Counted from the whole stretch's first letter, positions 1 to 13,743 are shown. The stretch: 59,930 nucleotides of DNA, filler included, from Trypethelium eluteriae (GCA_051942245.1; 2 parts of 2 records of this genome joined end to end with filler, not necessarily neighbours in it); one strand, 5' to 3'. Made by a program: numbers and translations. Notes: generated by a model not told the origin, from the sequence alone.

Positions 1-734
1 ACTTCCTCTGGGACTTTGTGCTCTGCGCGCGTCACGTCGCGGTGTTTGGACCCGGGTTGCTCGCGCATGCGGTCAGCGCGCTGGTGGTGTTTGGGCTGGG
101 CTTTCGTCCGGTGTTTAACTATTATGGCCCGGTCTTCATACTCTACGAGCTGTCGACGCCGTTTCTGAATGTGCATTGGTTCTGCGATAAGCTGGATCTG
201 ACGGGCTCGTCGCTGCAGCTGTATAATGGTATGGCGCTGATTGCGTCGTTCTTTCTGGCCAGGTTGTGCTGGGGCACATATAGTTCGTTGCGGGTTATGT
301 GGGATGTGTACCGGACGACGTTTCAGTCGGACGGCTATTTCGTGCCTCCTTCGCTTCCTGGTTCACCTGGCTACGAGGGGACGTCGAAGGTTGCGGCGGC
401 GCTGGGGAGGTCGACGGATCCGAGGGCGGAGATTACACGTTTTGCCACTGGGGAGCCCATCCCGCTCTGGGTATGCGTGGTGTATCTCGGCGCGAATTTG
501 ACGCTTCACTCGCTTAACTTCTACTGGTTTGGCAAGATGATTGAGACGGTGCGGAAGCGGTTTGACCCGCCGTTTGGGACGAAGGGGCGGCCGGAAAAGA
601 AGAGGAAGGGCAAGAATGGTGACGATGATCGGTATGGAGGAGGAATCGTACGGGTCGCGAAGGGTATGGACGCTGATGGACATGCATCGGTCGAAGTGGA
701 GGCCAAGGAGGTGCGAAACAGGCGCCGGGGTTGA
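1..734 (+). CDS. TLC (TRAM/LAG1/CLN8) domain membrane protein, 5'-truncated by window edge
   Basis: Frame open from the window start (FLWDF...). TLC motifs H-x-V, YELSTPFLNVHW, FFLARL and LNFYWFGKMI. Stop TGA at 732-734. Confidence 0.85.
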   Translation, partial: FLWDFVLCARHVAVFGPGLLAHAVSALVVFGLGFRPVFNYYGPVFILYELSTPFLNVHWFCDKLDLTGSSLQLYNGMALIASFFLARLCWGTYSSLRVMWDVYRTTFQSDGYFVPPSLPGSPGYEGTSKVAAALGRSTDPRAEITRFATGEPIPLWVCVVYLGANLTLHSLNFYWFGKMIETVRKRFDPPFGTKGRPEKKRKGKNGDDDRYGGGIVRVAKGMDADGHASVEVEAKEVRNRRRG

Positions 735-1259
735 AGGACGTACTAACAGTAGGGCTGTATAATGTAACATCGAGTTTCAATCCAAGTACTAAGGCGGACA
801 CTTCTGCGACTACCAGCGAATTTTTCTCGATTCTCGTTTCCACAGAAAGGGTCAAATCGAGGTCTCGACTTAAAGCCTAGACTGTCACTAGTGATCTCTC
901 GACAGCATCTGCGTCTCCTTTCAAGGCTTTTGGGGTATGTGCATTGGCCACGAAAGATAAACAGTAATAGACTAAGGAGGGTGGTCTTCTCGCTTTGAAT
1001 CATAGATGTACTGTATATAAGGAAGTCGTATATGCGTTTTGTGTCATCGAACATGCATGTAGAGGAATATATCAATTAGTGGGAATGGAACATTTGAAAG
1101 AAGAGCATATATGTCGAGGCAACTGTAACTGTCGAATATCATATATATCATCCACCGGAAAAGAAAACAAATACAGATATGAAATAAGATATTTACATAA
1201 ACTTTGTTGGTCCTCAACACAATCAACTGCTTGCATGATCCAACCTAGAGCGCTGGCCG

Positions 1260-3244
1260 TTATTCTATTCTGCAGCTCACTGGGTCGCAGGTAATCACCC
1301 CCTGAACTAAAGGCCAAAGAGCTCGATCTACTTCCTCAAGCGGCTTAGCCGTCTCGAGGGAGGCCTCTGTATCTGCTTGTTCCGGATAATCCTCGCGATG
1401 TTGTCGAGCTGAGTGACCAATGTTCAGCGAATGCAAGACTTTTGTTGCCAATTTCGTCTGTCTTTCACGTAACTCATGATCGGGACCACTCCGTATGACT
1501 TTAGCACACTTTTGCCCTCCCGTATAACAGTGCTCACTTTTGGTAGGGCTATTCCAATTGTCTGCGTCTTGATCAGGGTTCACCAACTCATACCCCGAGA
1601 CTTTGATAAACTTATAGAATGCCAGGGCGATGAAAATATCAATAAGAGGCTCAACCCCTGTAAGTCGTCAGTATCAAATTCAGGCTGGACGATGCTGTCA
1701 AACCGCAGCACTTACAGTATATCCAGTGCTCCTTACCAAACTGGCTCGTCACCACCCAGGGACTAAAACTCCGAGCAGAAAGGAGGGGGCCTCTTGTGTA
1801 GAGAATACCAACTAACGGGGCGATGAATAGCGTTAAGCCAATACCTACAGGGGCCAAGAAAGTTGCTCGATGTCTCTCTTTAGCAAGCATGAGGCTAATC
1901 AACACGAGTTCGGCAGTAAGCAATGCTTCTATGAGAAGTCCGCGCTGAATAAACGTGGTACTGTTTAGGGTCATTTGAACTTTGAAAGGCGTTGAGAAAA
2001 ATAAAACTAGCAGACTTGAAGCGGCAATTCCAGCAACGATTTGGCTGAGAAATAGGCACACAGCTCGGAATTTGCTAATAGGACCGGCCAAGGGTAACGC
2101 GAGAGTAACCTTCGGTAATCATTGTTAGCAAGTCCGTCATAAACTACATTCTTCAGTACGATATCAAAAGCATGGATAGACTTACAGCCGGGTTAAAGAG
2201 TCCACCGGAAATGCGAAAGAACACCCAAACGTAGACCATAAAGCTGGAACAAAAGCAGAGGGAAATGCAAAGCAGGATAATGGGACTGAATCTGGTCGAT
2301 ACGGTGGTCGTGGTATCGTTGTCGGTGGACTCCTTTGCGCCAACATTGGCTACCTGCGTCCCAGCGAACGCAAAGAACAGAAACATGGTAGTACCAATGA
2401 AATCTCTGGTTGTGGCTACGGGATGGTGTTTGGTGGTACTGTTCATCCATAAAGTCCAAGGTAACCTTGTTGAGGTGAAAAAATGTTCCAGTGACTTAGA
2501 AGCAAAGGCTTGAGGCTGATTGGGGTGATCACGATTTGGCGAAGGATCTACTGCAGTCTTACTTTCCGTGAGTTCGTGTCTATCTTGGGACGCTACTGCC
2601 GGAGTGTGACGAGCGTGTGCAGTGCATATAATCTGCATTCTTGTCTCGGTATAGCTGAGCTCTTTAGCGTCGTGGAATGCCGTGTTCCTAGAATGAACAT
2701 GACCATGCCTAGTAGGAGGAATTTTTAGAGGGTCCTCTTTCGGAGTGCTCTCTCGTGGAGTTGTATTAATTAAGTTCATCCGTTGATCAACGGTCTGCTT
2801 CGCCGCAGGAAGTGGCGCATAGTCGCGTTCTGTATGTGGATCGGTCGACATCAAAAAAGTTTTCGATTGGCTTGATCCGATTTCTAGTCTATTGTTGGGA
2901 GGTCTGAAAAGGTCTACTGCTACATTGAGCTTCTCGGAAACACCTTGCTGCTGTTCTAATTTCGGCGAATGTACTGCCTTCGATGAATTAGTTTGACCCA
3001 ACGCGAATCTGGAGCACGCCTTAGCACCGAAGTGCCCGGTAGGTATAGTAAGGAGGGAAATTCCATGAGATACATCACTGTCTGGAGGCCAGTGATGTGA
3101 AGCTGGGCGTATTCGCCTTCGAGCTCGCAAAGAAGGTGTAAACTGTGGCGATCTCGTAACAGGATGCCGTTCTACATGGTGACCAGACAGTGTCGTTTGG
3201 CCGTAATGGGTAGGAAGCTCGGAAGATTCCGTGGAGCTTGACAT
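1260..3244 (-). CDS. Aquaporin (MIP family) with a long N-terminal extension and a degenerate second NPA motif; possibly decaying
   Basis: FIGTTMFLFFAFAGTQVAN and FFRISGGLFNPA in exon 1. Introns ~2185-2110 (GTAAGT..CTAAC..AAG) and ~1715-1658 (GTAAGT..CTGAC..CAG). The spliced frame continues EHWIYWV..FYKFIKV..YELVNPDQD to the stop at 1260. First ATG at 3244. Confidence 0.85.
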
Positions 3245-4276
3245 CGTCAAAGTCGTGTGCACGTCGCAGGTGAAGGATGGGCACTCAACTCATATTGCAA
3301 ACTTGGTGAGATTCCTGGGAGAATGTCGTAAGCTTTGTCTGCACGAGAGGATCAAAGAAACAATACTCAAACTTCAGGGACTTTCTAGTTTCAGATAACT
3401 CATACTCTGAATTTCTGTACTGAGGAGCAATAGGGAAATCTCGTCCGGAGATCTGTGAACACAATGAGGTGCTCACATATGAAAATAGAAGAAATGTCCA
3501 GCTCAAGGAGCCGGCCTGTTCTATGCAGAATAGTAGAAGATGTCTCTCGAGAAAGCGTATGATCATCACTTTCTAGAATCAGTCGATCTAGGTTTTCTTA
3601 CTACCGATGATGTGCAAAAAGAACCGAGGTCGATCATAATGGCAGGTGAAAACAAAGAACTACAGCACGAACTCAGCAGTGCACAGAGTGTTGTGTAAAC
3701 CGCAAACGGATGAAGAAGAAAATAGATCGTGCGCTCCATTTTGGAATAAGAAAAGAGTTCCATGGAGCGGGACTAGAAAGAGCATGGACTGCCTTGTCCA
3801 TCCAGAGCGTGAAATATTTTGTCGCTTATACTGCAGAGACAAAATAGAAAGCACAGTCCCGTGGGCGTTCGGATGTGGACAACTTGAGACATCCTAAAGA
3901 ACGGAGCTCTTCGGGAGATGTGAAAATGCAGCTTGGATGAACTGCCGCAACCGTCCAAGCATGCAAAGGATGTAGCCAAAGTTGCCGCTGGAGAGGTGCC
4001 CAGACTAAAACACATAAAGAGTTCTTCCTGCGGCTCTTCAGTTCAATCCCAGTGAAGCAGGTCTTTCTGCCTGAGATTCTGCTCGAGACGAACACCAAAG
4101 AACGACCCCGAGCTGGCCGTGCATGTACCTATTAGTCGGAACTGTAACCATGGGTATGCACAGTTTATTCATGATTGACGAATGGCCTCCTAGCTGAGAT
4201 AATTTGTGGTCTCCAATAGTGAACCTCTTTTCATCATCGTAATCCTACACGTAAGTACCTCTTGAGTAGACCTGTC

Positions 4277-5144
4277 TCATAGCTTATGTTTCTTCTCTCC
4301 ACTGGCAATCTTCCTGAACTCCTCCTGTGGTACACCAGAGAGAAAACGCTCCAGTCCGCCCATGACTTCAAGCACACCTTGGCGGTCTAACACATCCATA
4401 TCTGGCTTTCTAATCAATGCCTTGATTTTCACCATACTGTCACTGTTCAAGTGGTCACCCATCCTCTCGTCAATCTCTTTTAGAACCTCAGCCAGAAACT
4501 TGTCGCTATCCTTGCCGGTATCGAAGATCTTATTCACGAATCCTGTGTGCACCAGCTCCTCTGATGTAATGCGTTTGCTCATTATCAATGCCTCATTGGC
4601 CTTGCTGATTCCCAAACGCTTGACGAACGCCTGGCTGGCGCCGCCTTCAGCAACAAGACCAAGCGAACTGAAAGGCGTGAGTAGAAACGTATGAGGCGCG
4701 GCATAAACGAAGTCGGAGAGGGCTGTCAAAGCAGCGGAGAGTCCCACAGCAGGGCCATTGAGCGCCGTAACCAGGATTTTTGGGTGCGTGTAGAAGGCAT
4801 GCGTGATATGCATATTATTGCTCACAAAACTTCGAAGGAAGGTTCTTCGAGGATCTTCTCCTTGGGGTACCGAGCGCTGGGTTGTCACGTCTGCCCCACT
4901 GGAGGTCATTAGTAAATTGAGACATGTCCAGGCTGGAATCGGTGCGATGGACTTACGCTGAGAAGAACCGGCCTTTGCCAGTGAGAACTGTGATATATAC
5001 GTCATCTCGAGCTGCAACTTTGTGCATCGCAGTTGCCAATGCATAGTACCCGTCCTGATTGAGAGCATTGAGCTTCTTCTCGTTATCAATGGTTATTATA
5101 GCAATCTTGCCGCGGATCTCCAGCTTAATCACGTCGGTAGACAT
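4277..5144 (-). CDS. ECI1: Peroxisomal delta3,delta2-enoyl-CoA isomerase (crotonase family)
   Basis: KKLNAL, TGKGRFFSAGAD (across intron 4956-4899), LNGPAVGLSAAL, PFSSLGLVAEG. C-terminal -HKL is PTS1-like. Confidence 0.85.
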
Positions 5145-5612
5145 GGCTAATCTTGCCCACGCAATATCTCTCTCCCTTGGGCTTCTTGAATTGTATGTGA
5201 AGGACAAGAAAGTGTAGATGTTAAAAAGCCTTGCAATATCCGATGGAGATTCCGGAAGCCATCATAAATTCACGACTCCTCCACTAAACAATAATCATTG
5301 CAGGGCCAATGATGGAAGGGCGGGGATAAAGCTCCTCGGCCCAGGGTTGCTGGCCTCGCATTATCGTGCCGAGGCCGGAAGTGAAGGCACGGGCCGGTCG
5401 ATGTGGCGTAGCTCTGTGGCGTAAAATGTTCCATTATGTAGGTCCGTCAAGGATCACGACTCAAATTCATTTCTTCATTCTTTGCAGCCGATGAGCCAAC
5501 GCGCGATTCCCAATGCCTCATTTATCCCGCGCAAGATACGCGTGACTAGTTAAGGAACTGCAAGATCTTTTCTTGGACTGCCGACCTATGAGCTTTTTCC
5601 GCCAAGTCCGCA

Positions 5613-5946
5613 ATGGGTGGTCCTAATCTTGAAGTCTTCAAGGTACGTCGGAAGTATTCTACCAGTAAAAGGAATATACTAATGTTGTAACTAGTTTGGC
5701 ATGTACATTCTGTTTCCAATTAGCATCATGTACTATTTTGGGACCAATCTTGATGGTAAATTCAACACACCCGATTTCTGGCCAAAGGAAGGGGAAACCC
5801 ATAAGATTCCTTTCGAAAAGGAGGAGATCCAGAACGAATTATCAAGACTGAAGGCTCGGAGGTTGGCTGTGCGGGATCAAAGGATGCAAGCTGAAAAGCA
5901 GATGGAGGCAGAGGCAGAGAAGACCGAGAGCGTCGAAGAACGGTAG
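5613..5946 (+). CDS. PET100: Cytochrome c oxidase assembly factor Pet100
   Basis: MGGPNLEVFK, intron 5643-5694 (GTACGT..CTAAT..TAG), then FGMYILFPISIMYYFGTNLD..FWP, the typical fungal Pet100 N-terminus. Confidence 0.85.
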
Positions 5947-6257
5947 CTGATAGAAAGGTTGGGGAGAATTCAAAGCAGCAGCATCGCGCGCCATTTCTGT
6001 CCAACGACAATATTACCGTCATCGCCACGGATGTCCAGACTCAGTCCAACGCGAAGTACGCAACATCTTGGTCTCATCTCCCTATGGTGGCTCATTCAGC
6101 CCGCACAAGCGTTCCAATAAATGCTTGTTGGTCATGGGTTGAGAAAACGAGACAGGTCGTGTTACTGCTATCCCGGCCTCTCCACTAGAGATCGGAGAAA
6201 GAAGAGGGAATCGATGATGGGTTTTGCATTTTGGATGCGGGACAGTCTATTGTATGA

Positions 6258-7223
6258 TTACGGTCTATACTGTCCAAACTTCTGGCGGAAATCCGCCCAA
6301 AGAGTATCGCTTATTTTCCCCTGTGCAGCATTGACATAGATTGCTTGTACACCAAACTTTTCTTGCAGCTCACCCATGAAATGGTCTAGTCTTTCCAAGG
6401 TTGTTTCTTCTCCCAACTCAACCATAGTATCTTTGTTGGGTTCCCATACTATATCACAGCTTCCGACCTGTAGCCCATGTTGTGATTCAAGCCTTTCTGT
6501 GACTGCAAACGTCTCGTTTAGTTCAGTCAACATAATGACGCGACCCTCATCGTCATCGAAAGCGTCCATGACGTTGAGGTCCAATACTGTCTCCAGTGCA
6601 GTCTCTGCGTGTATATCCTCCCTGGCTTGGAATATAATTCTGCTTGCCTTTGTGAAAAGGTAGCTCGTGGGCGTCACTGTACCCTCGTGCTCTTTGATTG
6701 ACAATCGTACCTCCTGGAGCGTTCGTGATTTGTTGTCGGTCTGACAATCGATGACAACAGCGACGGAGTGTGGTATCATCGCTTCAACCATGATAGACTC
6801 CAGCGTTGCGCCAGAAGGCGAAATGCCTTGCCCTCGCGCAATTGCTGCTTCAATCGATGCCTTTGGAAAGCCTGCCTTCTTGGCAGTGCCAAGGATCGCG
6901 GCGAGATGTGGATTGCTATTAGGATCAGGGCCATGCACTGAATCTCAAGAATGAGTCTTATTCCCTCTACGGATAGACAGAGATATGAGCATACATTTCG
7001 ATGTAGATGCTATCTCGTTCGCTAGTGTAGATCTTTGCTTGTTCTTCGCAGCATCATTCTTGCCTTTATCATGCTTTATGGTCGACCATCGGTTGTGTCC
7101 AGATTGGAGAGGTGGGTAAGACGATAGCCTGCGTGTGTTTTGTAGAACATTATGACGATCTCGTGATGAGACTCTTAAACATGACGAGACTCCCCGTGGG
7201 CTTCTAGAGAGCATTTGTAGCAT
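6258..7223 (-). CDS. Mitochondrial YebC/PmpR (TACO1/Dpc29-like) protein
   Basis: Arg/Ser-rich presequence followed by GHNRWSTIKHDKGKNDA, GPDPNSNPHLA, PKASIEAAIARGQG and TDNKSRT. One intron ~6994-6938. Confidence 0.85.
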
Positions 7224-7433
7224 TGAAGAAGATATGGCTCGAAACCATGCGCCAACCAATGAGATACCCTCCAAACTTTTTTCCGCATTCTAGGATGAAG
7301 CGACTGCACCACCACCGTACAGGTTAATCGCAAGCTTTCTTCACAACTCAAGACCACCAGCATTGAAACCTTGTCGAGACGCGAAGTCAAACCGCAAATA
7401 TGGTAAATTAATCAATATGTCTAAGAATATACC

Positions 7434-10400
7434 ATGGCCACCGAAGAGCCAGAAGTGCCCAAGCCTGACGGTGCTACTCCGTCAACCTCTCCTGAGCTTG
7501 ATCTGAAGAAGCTACACTCTCTTCCTTCGGAACAACAAGATCTACTACTTCTTAGCTTTACCGCGGACCTGGCCAAGTATGTCGACAGACTCGACTCCGA
7601 TGCCGCTTCAGCAAGCCAAGCCTCCGTCAAAAGGGAGGTCTTCAAAATCATTGGTCTGTCTTCTCCACTGCCAACGAGGACAATCCGTACGAACATTGGG
7701 CGAAGTCTTGGAGGAGTTCTCGAGAAGGGGAACAGGAAAATTCTATTCGAGTCCATAAACGAGCTTGTTGCGGTGGTCAATACCGGCAAAATAGACAAAG
7801 ATATCCATGCGAAACATGCTGCAACGCATTGCCTGGGAATGGTATTTGAGACTGCTGGAGAAAGTGCTATTGGACTGTCAGGTCTGGCCTGTTCAAGCAT
7901 TCTCAAATTGCTGAAGAGCACACACACGGGTTGTCGAGGCTCAACCTTCAAGGCTTTAAAGCGTGTGATTGTCGGAATTAAGAATTCGGTCGACGAGGCT
8001 ATCGCAAGAGATATCTGGAAGCAGGCTAGAGTTGCTGCTACCGATAAATCCTTATTTGTTCAGGCAGCTGCTTGCGTCTGCCTCGAATCTCTAATATCAG
8101 AGACGACGTACTTCGATAACTCAAATGATTACGAGAGACTTCAGAATGCTATCTGGCGAGCAATTGACAGCTCTTCAGTCAAAGTGCGGCATGCGGCAGC
8201 TTCAGCTCTCGCGACCTCCCTGGCCAAGAGTCATTCTGAGTCCCCTATGAAAGACGATGTTCCCCGCCTTAAGAAACCTAAAAAGGCCGCAAAGACTCAA
8301 CCGAATGGTGACGCGGATGATGCTGATATTGAGCGCCCGGAATCTCCAGCTATATCGAAGCCTGCTACGCAACTATCATTCAGCCTTTCGGACATTCTTC
8401 GTCAGCTATCTTCACACTACTGCCGACCAGCTACAAGCCATAGAGCTAGAGCTAGTCTTGCGCTGTGCTATGCGAAAGTCTTTCATCACTTAGGAGACAC
8501 GGTTGTTGAAAATGGCTACGCGGAGATCGCTCGACATCTGTTCAATGATTTGTTGAATCATCCAAGTAACACACATAACAGATACCGCCTTTTGACAACG
8601 CGTAGATATGTTCGCATCGTCTTGGAAGACGTCATTGGCAAAGAGATCATGAGTGAGGCCGGTCAACTCAAGGCGGCCAAGTTCCTGGTAAACGACATTC
8701 TAAAAGACTATCCCCAGGCCTTGCGTGAACGACCGGAACCATCGAAGCAAGCCTTGATTGGATGCCTTAGTGCTTTAACAGGTTTGATGCACGATCTAGG
8801 CTCGTCTACAAATGCGATATCGGATATTTGCCGCGATGGTTTGTTGCAGGTCCTTCAACATCCAAGTTACACTGTGCAGATTTACGCGGCTAATTGCCTG
8901 CAAGCGTTCGTACTAGCATGTCCTCAGCAAATGCTTCCATCCTTGACAGTATGTATGAATAGCGTCAATCGTGAGCTTGGACTTCTATCAGGCCAGAGAA
9001 AAGCGCCTCGTAAATGCATAGGGTTCGCTCACGGCTTGGCGGCGGTGCTTAGCACAAGCAGTGAACGCCCGCTGTACGGTTCCGTGGACGTCTATGCACA
9101 ACTTCTCTCTCAAGCAACGACACTTCTAAAGTCTAGTGGAAGTTCCGATTTGCGCATCTCAAGCACGCAGATCCAGGTCGCGTGGATCTTAATTGGCGGT
9201 TTGATGCGTTTGGGCCCGAACTTCGTCAAAATGCACTTGTCTCAATTTTTACTTCTTTGGAAGAATGCCTTACCCAAACCATTGACAAAGGACAATATTG
9301 CGCAAAGAGGTCTTCTTGAACTGAGCTTCCTCGCGCATGTCCGAGATTGCGCGTTGGGGTCTATACTAGCATTTTTGAAGTTCAATAGCAGGATCCTGAC
9401 GGCAGACGTTTCGAAGAGATTAGCTATTATGCTTGAAAACACTGTCTCATTCCTGCAGAGCCTACCACAAAAGAAGACTCAGGAGGAGGTGGCGTCACGA
9501 CTATCCCCAGCACTCCAACTATATGATTACGACATCATGGTTCGGAGACGGGTTCTGCAGTGCTTCACTAATCTCCTATCATCAACTTCCCCTTCGAGCC
9601 AAGAATCGATCCTACAAACTAACCTTTTGCCGCTTGCTATTTCGGCTTTTGCCGATCCAGAGAATTATGCTCCGAGTTCATTAAGCGCCTCAATAGCAAG
9701 TTCTGCTGGAAACTTTGATAATTTGTGGAACGTAGGGGACAATTGCGGATTCGGGGTTTCAGGCCTTGTGTCTGGCTTTGAAGTGGAGCCGCTTTCAGGA
9801 GAACAGCAGAGTTCCTTGCGCACTCAATGGTTGACAGAGCCGGGACCAGAAACAGACGTTAGCCGTACTGTAAGTGCCATGTCATCGAATTTTCCGGGCA
9901 TCTTTAACGATTGGTTAGCTTCTGTCGCCACTTTGTGGAGCAAGAGAGCATGATGCTCTTCTCTTGTACATTTCCGAGCAGTCGAATTCTCGTGAACCTA
10001 ATCCGCCGTCTACCCAAGTCGTAGATGCTGGAATCGAGCTCTTTGGAGTCTCTCTGCCTTTACAGACGCCTGCCGTTCAGTCCAGCGTACTGGAGCAACT
10101 GTCTTCATTTTTGTCGGCCACCAGTCTACAAAGAGATCCGGCTAGAAAGGCCGCCATCACTGTTAACATTGCTACAGCATTCCTTGCTGCTCTCAAGGTT
10201 GCTGTCAATGATACGTCTTTCGCACGAGGAGACCTGAGAAGCCCTAAGGTAGAGAAGAAGATCCAGGATTTTCTGCGGGTAACGGTCCAAGACTCCGATT
10301 TCATTATTCCGTGGCTAACCAATCCGTAGATATTCATCACCAACTCAGATGAATACGTACGAAATATTGCTGCTCAAGCTCTAGGACGGCTTTGCAAGAG

Positions 10401-13400
10401 CTCTGGAACAAATTTCACTACCTCAGAAGTCAAGCACCTAATTGATCTGGTTGTATCGGACCGCGATCCAAATGCGCGATCTGGTTGTGCACTGGCTTTG
10501 GGCTGCATACACTCGCAACTGGGTGGAATGGCAGCTGGTTACCATCTCAAGAGCATTCTCGGGATACTGATGTCGCTCGCAAGCGACCCACATCCCTCGG
10601 TGCATTTCTGGGCCTTAGATGCGTTATCCAAAGTCGCAGATTCGGCTGGTCTGACCTTTTCCGGATTCGTATCGAGCACTCTAGGCCTTATAGCCCAGCT
10701 CTACGTAATGGAATCCCACAGCAATGAGGCCAGCTCTCAGGCTTCATCTAATTTAGAGATGGAACTCTCGACCCCGGCTGCTGTCGCTCGCTGTACTGAC
10801 AGTATCATCAATCTCTTGGGGCCGGATCTCCAGGATATGACGAAGAACCGGGAGCTGATCCTGAAACTGGTAGAACAATACCAGCATGAACAGGACTCGT
10901 CGCTGGTCGCGAGCAGTCTCATATGCTTGGAGCATTTAGCTGTATACGCCCCTGGACACATGGACTTTGCAGCCTACGTCCGCAATTTGCAGGATGCTCT
11001 TATTTCAAGAAGTCCCACAATTCGAAACGCAGGCATTGAGGGACTCCATAATATCATGCGACGAGACGTTCGAGACGTACTTCGTTCTGCAGACCAACGA
11101 CTCGAGGATGATCTATGGGCAATTCTCGAGGCTAACCCTGACCACGAGGTTGTGAGAAATATTTTCCAGAACTGGCTTCACCAAACTGGGATTAGTGAGA
11201 CTGAAGAGTGGGTCCAGCGATGCCATAAAATCGTTACAAGAACTAGAGCTCGTCAAGAGAAGCCTCCAACGACAGCAGGACCTAAACAGACGGCAACAGT
11301 AGATCTACAAGATGAAGAGGTTGCTGGATTTGCTGCTGCTTCTGGTAATGCAAAAGACGCGGGTGACGCTGAACCTTCTTCTGGCCTTGAATTACTGCGC
11401 TGGCAGGTCCGCGCGTTTGTCATGGAATGCCTTAGCACTCTGGTTTCCATGATCGCCAAGGACTCGGCGATGCGCCAGGAGTCTTCCGCAGAGTTACAAC
11501 TTCAGCAAAAGATTGGTGACGTGATTAGAATAGCATTTTCGGCTTCAACAGCAGGTGTTGTCGATCTGAGGATTATTGGTCTTCGCATTATTGACCAACT
11601 TTTGAAGGTAAGCTCCCCAGAGGACGTGCCAGCCCATGAAAAGCTAATCCTAAGTAAATAGCTTTTTGGTAGTACTCCGGATCCGGATTTTGCTGAAGCG
11701 TCGCTGCTCGAACAATATCAGGCTCAGATCAGCTCTGCGCTTACTCCTGCCTTTGCATCGGATTCCTCTCCTGAGCTTGCTGCAGCCGCAGTCAATGTGT
11801 GCGCCACCTTCATTGCCACTGGTATCGTCACTGATGTGGACCGCATGGGCCGTATTCTCAAGCTCCTGGTGGCTGCCATCGAAAGCTTTTCAGAGGAGGC
11901 CGAGACATCCACCATTGGTGATCTCAAGGGTCTTAGCTCCAATGCGCAAGTCATGGTTCGAATGGCCGTCTTTTCTGCTTGGGCAGAGTTGCAGGTAGCC
12001 AGTACTGAGCAGAAGTACCTGAAAGATGTCGTAGCGCCACAGATCGGAAAGTTAACCCCTCTCTGGCTGTCGTCCTTGAAGGAGTATGCACGTCTCAAAT
12101 TCCAGCCTGATCCCTCTTCTATCTCAACAGCCATGATGCAGCCAGGCGACCTGGACTCGATTTATTCTGCCCTGAATAGAGAGACCTTATTAAGGGTATG
12201 TTGACCTCTCAATTCCCATATAACTTTAAAACCTTAACGAGACTAGTTCTACCAATCATCATGGCTAAATCTTGTCGAAGCGATAGCGAGCCTAATCGAT
12301 GAAGGCAGTGACGTAGTCTTCGAAGCTCTCGATGGTAAAGCTGACGGCTCAATGACGGACGGTACTCAGCGTCGCTTGAGCGATATTGACTACCGCAACG
12401 AGCCTGTCGCATTCTTCTTCTTGCTCTTCGGTGTTGCCTTTGAAGCCCTGGCAGCACGACCTAGCGATGACGTCGTCACTACGAAGCAACGAAACTTGGA
12501 CATACTTCAAGCTTTGAAGAAGATCCTACGTCCATCAGTATCCGGTCACGCAATCTATAAGGATGTCGTCTTCTCCGAAACAATGGATATGTTAGATAGA
12601 CTAGTTCTCACAGAGGGCTTGGACGTGCAAGCCGTCATTGTTGAGCTAGTTAGGAATTTATCTCTCGGCCACCCTTCTGCGAGACCGAGCAATGGCACGA
12701 GTGAGGAGGAAAACATATCAGAGGACATCGATCAGCTGTTCGAATTGACTAAGATCATAGTACTTGTCTTGGCCGGCCTCATACCCGGTCTTGCCGAAAG
12801 CAATAACAGCAGACCTCCTGCCGAGATGTCAGATGAAGCGGTATCACTTATCCGGCTCTCACTCGATGCTCTCGTGGATGTGGCAGAAGTATTCCCAACC
12901 ATTATCAGGACTGATTTACACGCATGCATCCTTCATATCTTCTCCAAAATTCTGACCACTGGATCGTGCCAGGTGGCTGTTGTCCCGCAAGCGTTACCAA
13001 TCTTCAAACGCTTCGTCGGAAGTCTTGCTCTTCAGGCGCAAAGTACGACAATAGAGCAAATATGCAGGACGCTGTCTACGTTTCTGACAATTCTCAAGAA
13101 TGCCCAGAAACGCGAGAATGAGGCATCTCTGGCGTGCGAAAAGAATGCGCTCTTGGCATCGACGATCTTGTTGACCTCGACGTCCACCATCTTCCCAGCA
13201 AGTGGGCCCTTCATCCCTGCTTTGGTCGGAAAGGTCATTGAATGCCTCGGGAACCCCACGACCACGAATGTGGCAGCAAATTGCATACGGTCTCTGCTTT
13301 CGGTTCAGCCCAAATCAGCAGCCTCTTCGGCGATTGCCCGACGTCTGATCCCCAGCCTTCTCCAGTTCGTCGTCACTTCGTCCGAACTCGAAGGGCTCGA

Positions 13401-13743
13401 CGATAGCCGTACCATTGTCACCCACACGCTCACAGCGTCCGCCAAATTCATGGATTCTTCGCAAATATTTTTGTTCACTGGCCTGCTTGTGCCGGCGTTG
13501 CTCTCGCGAGCGAAAGTAGAAGGTAAATCAGGATACCCCGAGACGGCCGCGCGTCTTCTCGAACTCGCAAGCACAAATCAACAGGCATTCCGGAGCTTGG
13601 TGGGAAGCTTGCCTGAAGCCGAAAGAGGTTTTATGGAGGAGATTATTCGAGAAGGTGGGGCTGGTTCGAAAGGTCGAGAGGAGAGCAACAGAGGGGATGG
13701 TCGGGAGCCGACAATTGCCTTGAAGATGAATTTTGATGCCTGA
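7434..13743 (+). CDS. LAA1: HEAT-repeat AP-1 accessory protein (Laa1/HEATR5/Sip1)
   Basis: ~2000-aa helical-repeat protein joined across introns 9870-9918, 10279-10329, 11608-11661 and 12196-12246. Motifs LLLWKNALP, DPDFAEASLLEQYQAQISSALTPAF and C-terminal PTIALKMNF. Confidence 0.85.
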
